From the NCBI GenBank assembly GCA_002269645.1, contig NIVC01000282.1:434001-498000 (forward strand): a stretch of DNA of 64,000 nt, given 5' to 3'. Positions 45,101 to 57,875 of this stretch are shown piece by piece. Under the pieces are notes generated by a model. The model saw only the letters and a list, made by a program, of their open reading frames with translations, was not told the DNA's origin and searched no databases. Each line of letters opens with the position of its first letter. Within the stretch, counting starts at the first letter, position 1. The translations under genes and the position numbers were made by a program. This DNA is from Macrostomum lignano. Its lineage: Eukaryota.

Positions 45101-46581
45101 GTTCGCCGGCGGCAGCCGCTTCAGCTGCCGCCTCGGCCTCGGGCCGCTCGGCAACCAGACCGGGCTCCAGCGGAGTTCGCGGCGTTGTAGCGCCCGCCGC
45201 TGCGCGCGGAGTTTTCAACGGCGCAGGTTCGACTGGAAATGGCGGCTTCCTCGGCGAGAAGCCGCTAACGCTGCCGTCAAGATCGGTTGAGAGTCGCTGC
45301 TCCTGATTGTTGCTCAGCCGCAGGCTATTCGCGGGACTGTCGAAGTCGTGCTGCTGCTGGTACATCTCGATGCGCGCCGAGGCCTCCTTGTCTACCCGGA
45401 AGAAGTCTTCTCCGGCCGAGACTTCCTCATCCTCATCCGCTGCTGCCGCTTTCGGTCGCGGAATGTCCGTTGATGAGGAACTGGCGGACGATCCGGACGG
45501 AGCACCGTCGCCCCGCCCGGCGGTCGAGTGACTGACGCCGCCGCCTCCGTTAGCGTCCGATTCGTCGGTCTCAACGTACTCTCTAGCCGCGAACTCGTGC
45601 GGCCGCATCAGGCTGAGCCGGCTGCTCAACGGCTGATTGGCCGCAGCGTCCGCCGCCGAGCCGTCGTCGTCGTCATCGGCAACATCGGCATCGACAGAGT
45701 CGGCCAGCGGGCCGCCGCTGCCGCTAAGGCGGAGGCGGATTCGCTCAGCTCGGACAAGAGCTCGGTAGTGCTCATCGCACGGATGCTCCCAGCTGGACTG
45801 GCCGGTGGCAAAGTTGAAATAGTAGATGGCCTCATCGGACTTGGACAGGTCCTGCCGATAGCGAAGGGTTGGGTTCGAGGGTGAGGAAAGCAAGTGAGGA
45901 AAGGGTAAGATAGGAAAGAATTGACTCTGGACGACAGTAAGACGACAGTCGTCGTCAGAGAGTCGCTGTAGTACTGAGTTGTGTTTGAAGTGCATTTGTA
46001 TGTTCTCCAGTTCTCCAGTCGAAAACAAGTCGCAGAATAAGCGCTTCAGCGTCACTGTAGAATCGTTAGTGCGTCACTTCTGTTACAGAGTCAGAATTAC
46101 AGTTACCCAATAAACGCTAAAAAGCGTAGCCTTTTGAACTCTAATTGCACTCTAACTAGCCTACTGAGTTAGTAGAAAGTTAAGCAGCATGACAATGATC
46201 ACAAGAGTCGCCCCAGAGTTGGAGATTTTTCAATTAGATTGATATTTTGGTGAGAATGAAGAGGCTTCTATCATTGAAGCATGAAGCACACACCTGTACA
46301 GGACGCCAGTCGGGCGGCAGAGGCGCCACCAGACCCTCCTTGGCCAGGTGCATCAGCTGCGGCTCCCTATCCGGATCGATGCCGATTGTTCGCGCATAAT
46401 CCAGCAGCTCCTCCTCAGTTGGCTGATAGTCTTCAACCACCTCCTCCAGCACCAGCTGGGTGGTCTCCTCGTCAGTCTCCTCGTCAGTCTCCTCGCCGCT
46501 ATCGTCGTCCTCCTCCTCTTCGCCTTCGTCGATGTAGCGGGGCGGCTTCTGCATCGCCGCCGAGGAGCCCGCGACAGGCAT
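42175..46581 (-). CDS. CEP164: Centrosomal protein 164-like (N-terminal WW/TTBK2-binding region, coiled coils), about 908 aa
   Basis: Exons 46581-46294, 45851-44035, 42796-42175. [55 protein letters not shown]|[30 protein letters not shown] closely matches the CEP164 N-terminus. The extreme C-terminus is ambiguous (possible donor GGG|GTGAGA near 42205). Confidence 0.87.
42894..43261 (-). mobile_element. tRNA-derived SINE, family 1, copy 2 (CEP164 intron 2)
   Basis: Colinear with 10855-11224; A box TAGCCCAGTGG and B-box-like GACTCGATTCC on the minus strand. Confidence 0.8.
43290..43920. repeat. 22-bp minisatellite ACTCCAACAGATTGCACACAAA in CEP164 intron 2
   Basis: About 28 units. Confidence 0.95.
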
Positions 46582-46729
46582 GAGGAAGGCGGAACCGTTG
46601 AAGCCCTCGCCTGCGTCTGCTTGCTGTTAGACTGAATTCTGCTGGGTTGGCGGCAGGCTGTTCGGGGCTGAAGAAAAAGGCAGGTGAGACGCACTGTATG
46701 GTTATACTAATGTAGCCTCTTTTAATGAC

Positions 46730-47980
46730 TTTCTTTTTCTTTCCCTCTCTTCTCTTCTCAATTCCCCTCTCTTCTCTTCTCAATTCCTCTCTCTTCTCTT
46801 CTCAATTCCCCTCTCTTCTCTTCTTAATTCCCCTCTCTTCTCTTCTCAATTTCCTCTTTTTAATTCTCAGTTCCCCTCTCTTTCATTCCCAGTTCCCCTC
46901 TTCTCTTCTCATTTCCCCCCACTTCTCTTCTCAATTCCCCTCTCTTCTCTTCTCAATTCCCCTCTCTTCTCTTCTCAATTCCCCTCTCTTCTCTTCTCAA
47001 TTCCCCCTTTTTAATTTTCAGTTCCCCTCTCTTTCATTCTCAGTTCCCCTCTCTTTCATTCTCAGTTCCCCTCTCTTTCATTCTCAGTTCCCCTCTCTTT
47101 CATTCTCAGTTCCCTTCTCTTTCATTCTCAGTTCCCCTCTCTTCTCTTCTCAGTTCCCCTCTCTTTCATTCTCAGTTCCCTTCTCTTTCATTCTCAGTTC
47201 CCCTCTCTTCTCTTCTCAGTTCCCCTCTCTTTCATTCTCAGTTCCCCTCTCTTCTCAGTTCCCCTCTCTTTCATTCTCAGTTCCCCTCTCTTTCATTCTC
47301 AGTTCCCTTCTCTTTCATTCTCAGTTCCCCTCTCTTCTCTTCTCAGTTCCCCTCTCTTTCATTCTCAGTTCCCTTCTCTTTCATTCTCAGTTCCCCTCTC
47401 TTCTCTTCTCAGTTCCCCTCTCTTTCATTCTCAGTTCCCTTCTCTTTCATTCGCAGTTCCCCTCTCTTTCATTCTCAGTTCCCTTCTCTTTCATTCTCAG
47501 TTCCCTTCTCTTCTCTTCTCAGTTCCCCTCTCTTTCATTCTCAGTTCCCCTCTCTTCTCTTCTCAGTTCCCCTCTCTTTCATTCTCAGTTCCCCTCTCTT
47601 TCATTCTCAGTTCCCTTCTCTTTCATTCTCAGTTCCCCTCTCTTCTCTTCTCAGTTCCCCTCTCTTTCATTCTCAGTTCCCTTCTCTTTCATTCTCAGTT
47701 CCCCTCTCTTCTCTTCTCAGTTCCCCTCTCTTTCATTCTCAGTTCCCCTCTCTTTCATTCGCAGTTCCCCTCTCTTTCATTCTCAGTTCCCTTCTCTTTC
47801 ATTCTCAGTTCCCTTCTCTTCTCTTCTCAGTTCCCCTCTCTTTCATTCTCAGTTCCCCTCTCTTTCATTCGCAGTTCCCCTCTCTTCTCTTCTCAGTTCC
47901 CCTCTCTTTCATTCTCAGTTTCCTTCTCTTCTCTTCTTAATTCCCCTCTCTTTAATTCTCAGTTCCCCTCTCTTTTCTAC
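46730..47980. repeat. CT-rich minisatellite (TCTCAGTTCCCCTCTCTTTCAT)n upstream of the CEP164 ATG
   Basis: Long higher-order pyrimidine array; explains ORF 46725-48092. Confidence 0.94.
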
Positions 47981-49814
47981 TCTTCCATCTAGTAACTACT
48001 CAAATGCAACTTTATCAACAAGTATCTATCCAAGCAGTCAGTTATCTAGTAATCATAGGTTACAGAAAAGTAGCTTTTCAGACGCGAAATAAAACGTATC
48101 TGTTTAAAACATGTTTATAAATTAGCCAGTCAATGATCAAGCTTCTTAGTCAAGTGGTTTGTTGTGTGTCTTCCATAAAAGCTCATGCAATAACTGATAA
48201 GTGGTAAGCACGTACGCACTTTTACTAAGATATTGTCAAGAAGAATTTCTTAATAAATCATGCAGTCGCGTCACTTTGACTTCATGAAAGGTGAGCAGTC
48301 TTACCTGTTAGTCCCTGATAAGTAACGAGTCACAAAACGACAAGATAAGAGAAGTCTGTCAGTCTATCAGAGCAAAACTGAGCAACCATAATCAGTTGAT
48401 AAGCACCCCACTGAAAGTCTGCTAAGCTCACAGCCAGAGCGATGAACAGCTGTCAGAGCAGCTCAATTAAATTTAAGAGCACGGCACGCATAGGCCAATA
48501 TTATTTTCTCAGCTCTCGCTCACTCCCTGGCCAGCCCAGTATTGTTCAGTACTGTTTGCACAGCGCTGGGGTGTGTCGTCTGCTCAAGTATTTAGAAGCC
48601 GCTAAGTGCTCGAGCTATTATCACACAGGTCGAATTGTAGTATGTGCAGCTCGGGTACACCAACCCCCCAGCCCACGCACTGCCTCTTGCATCTCGTACT
48701 CTGCCTAGACTTTGCGAGACTATTTGGACAGATGGCCCCACTATGCGCCAACGGTGCAGGAGAGGTTTCGGAGCATTTTAATAAGTGTTTTAGAAAGACA
48801 GTTCCACCTAATAGAGCCAAGATGCAGACAAACAATAAGCAGAGCCTGTACATAACGAGTAGAACAGGTGCAAAGTAACTAGGCTTTGTTGATCTCTGCT
48901 TGCTATTGTGCATTATTTTGTTTGTAAAATGTGCTTGTACCGTGACTGTCCGACCGAAGGTCACATTACTACTGAAACTGAATTATCAATAAACCGGGTT
49001 GCGAGTTTTAGCTTCTAAATTGGACAAAGAGCTTCCCATCGGGAAGGAGAGAGAGATAAGAATAACAAGATTTGAACTAGATTCGCAATCGGCCTTTTTG
49101 CGCTAGAAAATTGAAACAAAAATGTCATTCTTATGACATTTGAAAACGCTACTGTGACACCGTGACAAAAATTGCTAAAGTCTTTTTTAACACCTCACTC
49201 TAGCGGACTTCTAGGGCGATTCTTGTGACCTTTTTAACGACTCAAACACGTCTGATGCGACGGAAAGGTGACTGTTGAGTCACGAACGCATCACGAGAGT
49301 TGCAGAATCGTAAGAGTCGCACAATCTATGAAATGTTTTGAAATTCTGATTTGAACATTGATGGAACATTGATTTGAGCAATCTGGACCCGCAGAGCTAA
49401 TGGAAGCAATGCGAACCAGGTCCTTAAACGCGACTCTTTGATGAGATTTTTGCCAACTTGTACCGTAACATCTCATATTTTTAAAGCTGTTTAGAGCCAC
49501 TTCTCTCCAATTTTACCTGTGTTACCTGCAACGACTCTGAACCAACTCTGGGGTGACACAGGTGACTCTGGGATGCTTCTTGTCTTAGGTACCATTTTTA
49601 TTGGATACTGTTCTGTTGCAACAGAAGAGTAGTTCACGCGCACATGCATGGAACAGTTTTTTGTAGAAGAATAATTACTATAGAAACCGCTCGAGCTGCA
49701 GATGTTAGATTCTTTGCGCCTAGTCTTTGCATCTATCCCCTTTGGTTCAATTCTATGTGCCGCCATATTTTATTTTGAGCTTGTGTATGAAAATCAACCA
49801 GTTGGTTCTCATGA

Positions 49815-50250
49815 AATTCACGTGCATAAGGCCCCCCAAGGCACAGAGTGTACATTGAGATTCACGTGCATAAGGCCCCCCAAGGCACAGAGTGTACATT
49901 GAGATTCACGCGCATAAGGCCCCCCAAGGCACAGAGTGTACATTGAGATTCACGTGCATAAGGCCCCCCAAGGCACAGAGTGTACATTGAGATTCACGTG
50001 CATAAGGCCCCCCAAGGCACAGAGTGTACATTGAGATTCACGTGCATAAGGCCCCCCAAGGCACAGAGTGTACATTGAGATTCACATGCATAAGGCCCCC
50101 CAAGGCACAGAGTGTACATTGAGATTCACATGCATAAGGCCCCCCAAGGCACAGAGTGTACATTGAGATTCACATGCATAAGGCCCCCCAAGGCACAGAG
50201 TGTACATTGAGATTCACATGCATAAGGCCCCCCAAGGCACAGAGTGTACA
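49815..50250. repeat. 44-bp minisatellite CATAAGGCCCCCCAAGGCACAGAGTGTACATTGAGATTCACGTG
   Basis: About 10 near-identical units. Confidence 0.96.
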
Positions 50251-53043
50251 TTCCTATTGATTTGAAAGTCAGGACTGCTGCACACCCTATGTGTCTCTGA
50301 GTATAAACACACTTGTGCAAGTAACAATTGGCATAATGGATGGCATTTAGCTTTTAATAATTGATAGCATATTGTATTGCGAATATTAAATGTGAATATT
50401 GTTGAATATTATATTATATCTATACTTACAATTAAAGGCCTAGCTATTATAATAATAAAAAAGCTAGTCCCCCTAGTGAAATCAAACTAGCTAAATACAA
50501 TGGCTATATCTAACATACATGAATAAAATGCACTATAATATGCAATTAAAAAAATAGCTGTATACTTTTAGTGGGAGGTCTGAAAAATTGAAATAGCAAA
50601 ATTTAATAAAGCCTAAGAGAAACAAAATATTTAAACATTCATATTGTTACAAAAAAGCAATAAAAATTTCTATAATTCCTTTCAATTGTCTGTGATTTTA
50701 TATCATTAAATAATTTTATACTTCTATATATATTTAAAATTCATTTTAATACTTTTATTTTCTAATGATGTAAAAACATAATTGCTATATAATATAATAG
50801 AATATAGTTTATATTAATAAATGCCTAAGGGTGGCATACTATTCTCTTTGGGTATATATCAGAAGTTTAGTGTTGGGTCAATATATTTGGTATTGGCTAA
50901 GATTAGGATTTCAATTTTGGCTAGAATCCTTGAATTTAGGATTATAAAAGTGGGATCAAGATCCCAACTGACTATATTATAAGCATATATAGAAAGATTA
51001 GATTATATGATTTTTTATGATTAAGAAGGAAAATTAGGATCATAATTTTTGCTAAGATCATAGGATTTTGGCATTGGGATCTATAATACTTCTAGTCCAA
51101 ATTGCCAATCATGACTCTCAGTTTCCCTAAGTTCTCAGTTCTTAGTTTTCAGTTAATTCTCAGTTAAGTATAATCATATACTTTGGTTAAGACTCAAAGT
51201 AGTCAAAGAAAGTGGTATATACTTGTTATATAGTATGAATAGATTAAAAATAACATTTTGGCCTAAATACATATTTGGCCTAGCTTCTCTGTATATTGAG
51301 ATTCTCTGTAGAATGATTATAAACAAACACTCCAAATGCTTCTAGAACATATAAAGACTAAAGCCAGATATAAATAAATAGAATAATTTAAAATAAAAAT
51401 TTTAGTCAAAACATATATTATTTTAATTACCATATTGGAATAAGTAGACAAAGGCATCCACTGTCTGACCATCCATTGCAATTTTGGAATTTTCTAGTGT
51501 TGCTTTGGGGCTGGAGTCAAAGCAGGTGGTGTTGCAACATGGTGCAGGTTTTAGGTAAATGGCAGGAGTAATTATGACTGTCTTAAAAAGGCTAAATGCC
51601 TCATCATCTAATTAGTACTACACTTAAATTCAATGCAAAAGTTACCATGTTCTGTGTTACATCAAATTTTTGAGCTACAATTTTAGACCCTATGTCACAT
51701 GTCTGCAGGTTTTCTATATTTATTATCCAATAGGATGGAATTATTTTTAATTATTTATTAAAGTTAGTTATATTTTGTTTACGTAAGTATGTTTGCTATA
51801 TTAGATCTATATTTTTATATAAAGCAAGTTGTCTTGATGATCAAATAGATGCAAATAAAACCATTTTTACTTTGTTTACTAATGTAAAAATGGTTTAAGC
51901 TTTTGTTTTTTATCTAGTATGCATATAACATGATTGGCAATTTGGCAATTGTAAAGAAATGCTTTTTAAAATTATTTTTCAACTTAAATGAATGCCAAAG
52001 CACATTTATCTAGGTTTTTGTATTAGGTATGCCACAACATGTTAAAATTAAAAATGGCATAATGATTTTGATGTTGGCATAATAATTTTTTGCCATTATG
52101 CCATTGCCATATTAGATGCCAATGGCATGCCTGCTAGTTGCCAAACTGGCAAGCTATTATCATTCCCTTGTGAATCTGAAAAGAGACACTAATATAGGCT
52201 CACAAAGTGCTATTTTACCTTTTATGCCAATGGCAATGGCATGTTGAAATTGAAAATGGCATAGGCCTAACAATTTTGATGCTATTATGCCAATGGCATA
52301 AAAATTTAAAAAAAAACCCAGGTGTTTATTGTGATGGGAGACACATTTAATAACATGAAACTATTCAGTTTATTATAGTTTTAGATCATCTGATCAAATC
52401 TTTGATCATCACTTGTATTTGTAATAACTAGATGGCTAGACATTATCTCTGCCAACTTTTATTATGCTCCCATGGCAATTACATCAGGCCTAGAAGCTTT
52501 GTAATATGGATTTTACAATGCATAAACTAGCCAACCTAATGGCCAGCCACAGGATATCATTAACTGGCTTGCTACATACTACCTGATCTACTTACCTATG
52601 TACTTATATACTATCTACTAATTGTATCACTGTCTACCTAACAAGTTGTGCTGTGTTTATAAATTAGATTTGTGTCACTAAATAAATGTGTTTCTTATCA
52701 CAATGTCAATAAATAGGCCTATGCTTTGGTATTTATTAGTTGAAAAAAATTAAATGTGCACTTCTTTAGAAATTAGATTTGCTAGCAATTTGGCCTCTAT
52801 TATATTATACATACATATGTAAGCTTTTTAATATAAACTAAGGTAAGTTGCCTTGCTTACATTTTGACATTATTTAAATATAAAATTTATAATATAAAAT
52901 ATAATTTTGTGATACAAATAAAGTATGTTAGGCCTGCAAACCAAATGCAAGGTATAGGACCTAGGCATAGGCCTAGCCATATAGGTAGGCAACAATGAAA
53001 TATTTTTTCTATCACTCAAATCAAAGTTAATTGTTGCAAATAT

Positions 53044-53219
53044 CAGTGGTGGATCTAGAATTCTTAAAGTAGGGGATTTGCCCAACTTTTTGGGTTGGCC
53101 TAAAAAAGCCCAAAATTGCTATACCCCCAGTCCCCACCTATCCCCCTTATATGCAAGTTCAGCCATGTCAAAAGAGGGGGCAGCTGCACCCCCACCCCCT
53201 TCTGGATCCTCCGCCACTA
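53044..53219. mobile_element. hAT-like MITE (176 bp), decayed
   Basis: Ends CAGTGGTGGATCTAGA / TCTGGATCCTCCGCCACTA; 8-bp TSD GCAAATAT (53036-53043; 53220-53227). Confidence 0.8.
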
Positions 53220-54833
53220 GCAAATATATTTGTTGCCACGGCAGGCAAAAATTGAAAATGTACAAAACTAAAGTCATTATTGCTAAATAGCAAAAAATTG
53301 TTGCTGCATCTTGTACTTGTACCCCACAAATATGAAACCGTAGTGTTCATTATAATTTCAGCTTTTTCAATGTTATTCACGTGCTGTCACTGTCTATGCC
53401 TGGTTAAAAAAGTGGCTGAAAGATCAATGGAAATGGAAAGTGGGTGCAAATGCAAATTAACTTTAGAACACAGAAAGATTTAATGGAAAGTCGAATACTA
53501 GGGTTAGGCATACAATTAATTTTAAAAAGGCTTTACCAATACATAACTATGCAAGCCTAGACCTAGCGTAGAAGGGAGGGTAGTTATTAATTTACCGCCG
53601 TAGTAGTTACTACTGGATTTTACTATCTATCAGTATCACGGAATTCAGTTAAAATTTAATTAAGTTCTCGGAAATTTTAGCTGTTTAAAATTTTATTAAC
53701 TAATGTTGTTAGGTATAACAACTTGCTTGCATTCATTTCGCGCAGTGTTCTAGAAAGGTAAAGATAATATATAAAAAGTCAATCTAACTTTTATTTATAA
53801 TGTTTTAGTTTTGTAACGATCTCAAATCAACCCACTCATTTTTTACTACAAGCTTGCATGCAAGCACGGATGCACTGCATGAACCCGATATCGCAGAACC
53901 ACATTGAATGTCAACATGTAAAATAACGCATTTGATTTGGCATTCTTGAGAATATTTATTTTCATCTGTACACGTCATAATCGCTGTACTGTTGTTGACA
54001 CGACCAAAAATCAATTAATGCCGATCGACTTATTCATTTAATATATAAATTTTATCAGCCTACACGTATATTATTTCCCTAGGCTTTATTACCGACTGGC
54101 CACCCATGCAAAATTTATCCATTTTTTTGGTTCGGGGTCGACCCCGATCCTGAACACCTTTCGGGAAACCCGAGAACACCTCAGCTTCGTGTCTTACATG
54201 TACATGTACATGTGTTAGTATAGTACATGTTATATTTCTGGAATAGATTTCTGACCAGTCAGAAAGTCTCTCGTGTCCAATTTTATGCATCAGCAAGAAG
54301 GTTGTGCAGGATATTCCAGAAGATCCGACGAGAAAGCGGTGACTAAGAGATCGAAGCTCTACGTAATCCCGGTCGGACACAGCTAGTGGCCGGATCTGGT
54401 TGCTGCACTGCTCTTCTTCGAGAAGTAGGCCCTATGGCCCTGAGAGCGCATGAAGGACCCCCAAGTTGACATCGCCCGATCTGTTTTCATACGGTGTCAC
54501 TCGACTCATTACCATATTTATGTTTAACCTTTGTATTCAAAGTCTAAATTTAATTTCGCATTGGAAAACCGGCGCCTTATATGTATATTAGTATACATGT
54601 AATAATTTAGTATATAGGATTTTGTTTAAAGAAGATAACTTTACTCATGACCAATTTATTGCTGATTTTTTAATTCCAGTTAAACCACAACTCGAATACA
54701 TTTTGCTGCCTCTAAATCTAACGTCAAAAAGCCTTTTTAGTCAAAATTATTACGATAGTAATTGTGAACGCTTCGCTAGAAAAAATCGCTTGGTGACATT
54801 GAAGCCCAGCCGTCATTTTACTATCGCTGTCGA

Positions 54834-55844
54834 TCACTGAACGAGGTCGAAGAATTCGCGAATCTCCTGCTCCGTGAGGCTCCCGCTGGCGAAGGCCACG
54901 GCCCTCACGGTGCCCTTGAAGAACTGGTCAGCCGGTTGGTTCACTCGCTTACCCAGGTACAGGCAGAGGTTGCCGTTCTGCACGGAGCAAAATTCGTTGT
55001 CATCGAACGGCCAAATCATGTTGGGCGGCAGGAAGGCGTTCATCACGAAGAACTTGTAGGAGCCACCGACTGTGGTGAAGCCAAGATTCAGCCACTCGTT
55101 CGGGTCGCCGGACAGCTGGTCGATGGCCGAGTACAAGTAGGGCAGCGGGCTGCCCGTGATCCGGTTGGCGCGGACGTACATCTTCCTGGGCGCATTCCAC
55201 TCGAGCATGTGGATGCCTTTCCATGAAACCATACTCGAGTCGTTGCAGGGAAAGAACTCCAAAATGGGCTGAGTCTGAGGCAGGCGCTTGAATCTTATCA
55301 GCCAGGTGGCACCGGCAGAGAAGTTCAGGCTGGACTGGTTCAACACGGCGTGGGACGAAAGACCGTCGAAAACGGCGCCCTCGCTAGACCACTCAATGTT
55401 GAATGGCATCAGCCTGTTGGCGTCCTCGAACGCCTGGCACACCAGGTTCTCCAATCGAGTCACGGGGTCGCCCAGCCACACATTGTTGAGCTTCGGGTTC
55501 AGCTGCCCCAGGTCGATGGGAAACCTAAAGAACACCACACAGTCGGTTAGTTCTCCGGGCACAAGATTTTGACAGATGGACTGGTACTTGAAGACGGAGC
55601 AGGTGAGAGTGGCCTTGTTGAACTGCGCCACCAGAACACCAGTGTTGGCCTCCTCCGAGGCGATGATGGCGCAGTGAGTCTCCGAGTAGACGGTGAGGCG
55701 AGCGATGGCGGACGGGTAATCATCCGGGGCGCAGAGCACATCGGCTTGCCGAAAAACCTGACCGCTGGTTTGAGCTTGGCACCTGGCCAGAGCCGCCAGG
55801 TTCACAGCAGTGACTGCCAGTAGCCACAGCCTGGCCGGAGGCAT
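54834..55844 (-). CDS. Secreted protein, 336 aa: signal peptide + PAN/Apple-like module + LamG/ConA-like (pentraxin-type) domain; intronless
   Basis: [24 protein letters not shown] signal peptide. [18 protein letters not shown] is PAN-like. [60 protein letters not shown] follow a LamG_3 pattern. GC3-rich codons like the host genes. Confidence 0.75.
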   Translation of the reverse strand: MPPARLWLLAVTAVNLAALARCQAQTSGQVFRQADVLCAPDDYPSAIARLTVYSETHCAIIASEEANTGVLVAQFNKATLTCSVFKYQSICQNLVPGELTDCVVFFRFPIDLGQLNPKLNNVWLGDPVTRLENLVCQAFEDANRLMPFNIEWSSEGAVFDGLSSHAVLNQSSLNFSAGATWLIRFKRLPQTQPILEFFPCNDSSMVSWKGIHMLEWNAPRKMYVRANRITGSPLPYLYSAIDQLSGDPNEWLNLGFTTVGGSYKFFVMNAFLPPNMIWPFDDNEFCSVQNGNLCLYLGKRVNQPADQFFKGTVRAVAFASGSLTEQEIREFFDLVQ

Positions 55845-55857
55845 GACTGTAAGGAGC

Positions 55858-55875
55858 GAGATAGATAGATAGATC

Positions 55876-55940
<65 letters not shown>

Positions 55941-55941
55941 C

Positions 55942-55975
<34 letters not shown>

Positions 55976-55993
55976 CATGTAGATAGATAGATC

Positions 55994-56053
<60 letters not shown>

Positions 56054-56075
56054 CATGTAGATAGATAGATAGATC

Positions 56076-56147
<72 letters not shown>

Positions 56148-56154
56148 TATAGAC

Positions 56155-56247
<93 letters not shown>
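55858..56247. repeat. (ATAG)n microsatellite just upstream of the secreted-protein ATG
   Basis: About 390-bp run with few interruptions. Confidence 0.97.
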
Positions 56248-56248
<1 letters not shown>

Positions 56249-56774
56249 TAACTTACCCCAATATGTGTCTTGTATGAGTTGTACGATCAGGAGATCAGTC
56301 TCTCAGATTCCGAGCGCGATTGTCAGGCATTATAAATAGAGCCCGACAATTAGATAGAAGCAGCTATAGCTTTCTGCAATCCGTCGCTAAAGCAACTGAA
56401 AAGCAAACAAAAAGCTATCTTTTCGAGGCATCTAACCCTGGTAAAAGCCTAGGCCTTCCTTTACCTTTTTAATTCAAGCTATTGCTCCCCCCTCCCTTAC
56501 CACGATCAATGAGTTGAAATCAATTACCAAAAAAGGCGTTTAATGCCTTGAAGCATTGGGGTAGCTGTGAGAGGAATACGGAAATTCATATTCCCCAGTT
56601 CGGAGACAGTTTAGATTTTTAAGAGTTGATCTTAACAAAAGATTCAATGTTTTTAGGATCTTTCGACATACTAATATTTAAAGCTTCTATTTCGACGCAT
56701 GTTGGCTCTTGCGCATCCAAGTCTTTCGGGAGCTCTTTTGAAGTCTTGAGGTTCGTTTAGGATGTTTTTAGTTT

Positions 56775-57071
56775 TGCTTAGTATTATTATTATCATTCCC
56801 AAGAAGCCTGTGGATGCCCTGAAGCAACGCCTTTTGGCGACATCGTCCCGCAATTCACGCGACACGCACTCACCTACACACACGCTTTCAAATCGTCAGG
56901 CGCATGCACTCACTCTGCACCTTGGCCATCACGGGGGTGAATCGTACGACAACCCCTCAGAGCCAATTTTCAAAAACAAAGCCCGAAATGAATGCGGTCG
57001 CGGACACCGCGGAATCGAACCTGCAGGGGTCGTGGTCGGAAGTCGGATGAGTTTACCGCTGAGCTATACTC
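56775..57071 (-). mobile_element. tRNA-derived SINE, family 2
   Basis: Minus strand GAGTATAGCTCAGCGGTAAAC..GGTTCGATTCCGCGG has canonical A and B boxes but no acceptor stem; unique body; (ATA)n tail near 56785. Confidence 0.7.
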
Positions 57072-57875
57072 TGTCCCTTGCTCGATAGGAAATGGCACTT
57101 CAAATTGAGAAATTTTCCTGAATTAGTAAATTACGGGGAGAAAATATAACTGTTGCTTATGCCTAATTTTGTTATATAGAAATTGAGCAACACAAAAGCT
57201 TTTTAAAAAACTGCAAACTGTAATAATCCTTCTTCAACTAAAACGTTTATTGTCACGCAATCAGACAGAGTGAATTCAATAATTGATTCCGTATCTCTTG
57301 AAGATGGTGAAATAATCAAAATCCATTTTTTCATTTTTCTATTGGCTAATTTTCTCTATCCATTAAAAATCAATTTACTTGTGACGCATTTAGCCATCAC
57401 CGCGGTCCCCCTTTGGGAAAAAACGCTAAAATCAGTTTATACGAGAACATCTACCAGTAGTGCTTTTCGAATTTCAAACGACAGAGAATGCACACTGAAT
57501 GATGCATGATGCAGTTTAGATAGAAAAGCTACATTCAGCAGCATGTTCAAGCACGTCTCAACTGTACATGTACGTGCATGGGTTGATGCAATTTTAGTCT
57601 GGCTCCAGGCCCCAGTTTAGTCTGGTGAGGAAAGTGGAGAGTTATGGCTAGAGATTATTGGATTAAAGCTGAAACTTGTTGACTGCACTGCATGGTTTCT
57701 GGGTGAAATTGTAACATGTTGCTGAGCATGGTTGCACCAAGGACTACTAAGGTCCTTATATAACGAAGTGTTCCAAGTGGCCTTGAGTTGCACGTACATC
57801 ATATTTAAGCGTTGGTCCAGGGTCGTCGTCGCCACCGTCGCCACAGGTCGGAGACAGGGGGGACACGCCCTCCCC

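Noticed and set aside
46725-48092. 455-aa F/S/L/P-rich ORF resembling a membrane protein
   Set aside because: Product of a CT-rich minisatellite.
57001-57071. tRNA gene on the minus strand
   Set aside because: A and B boxes are present but the ends cannot form an acceptor stem, and the sequence continues into a body and tail; treated as a SINE head.
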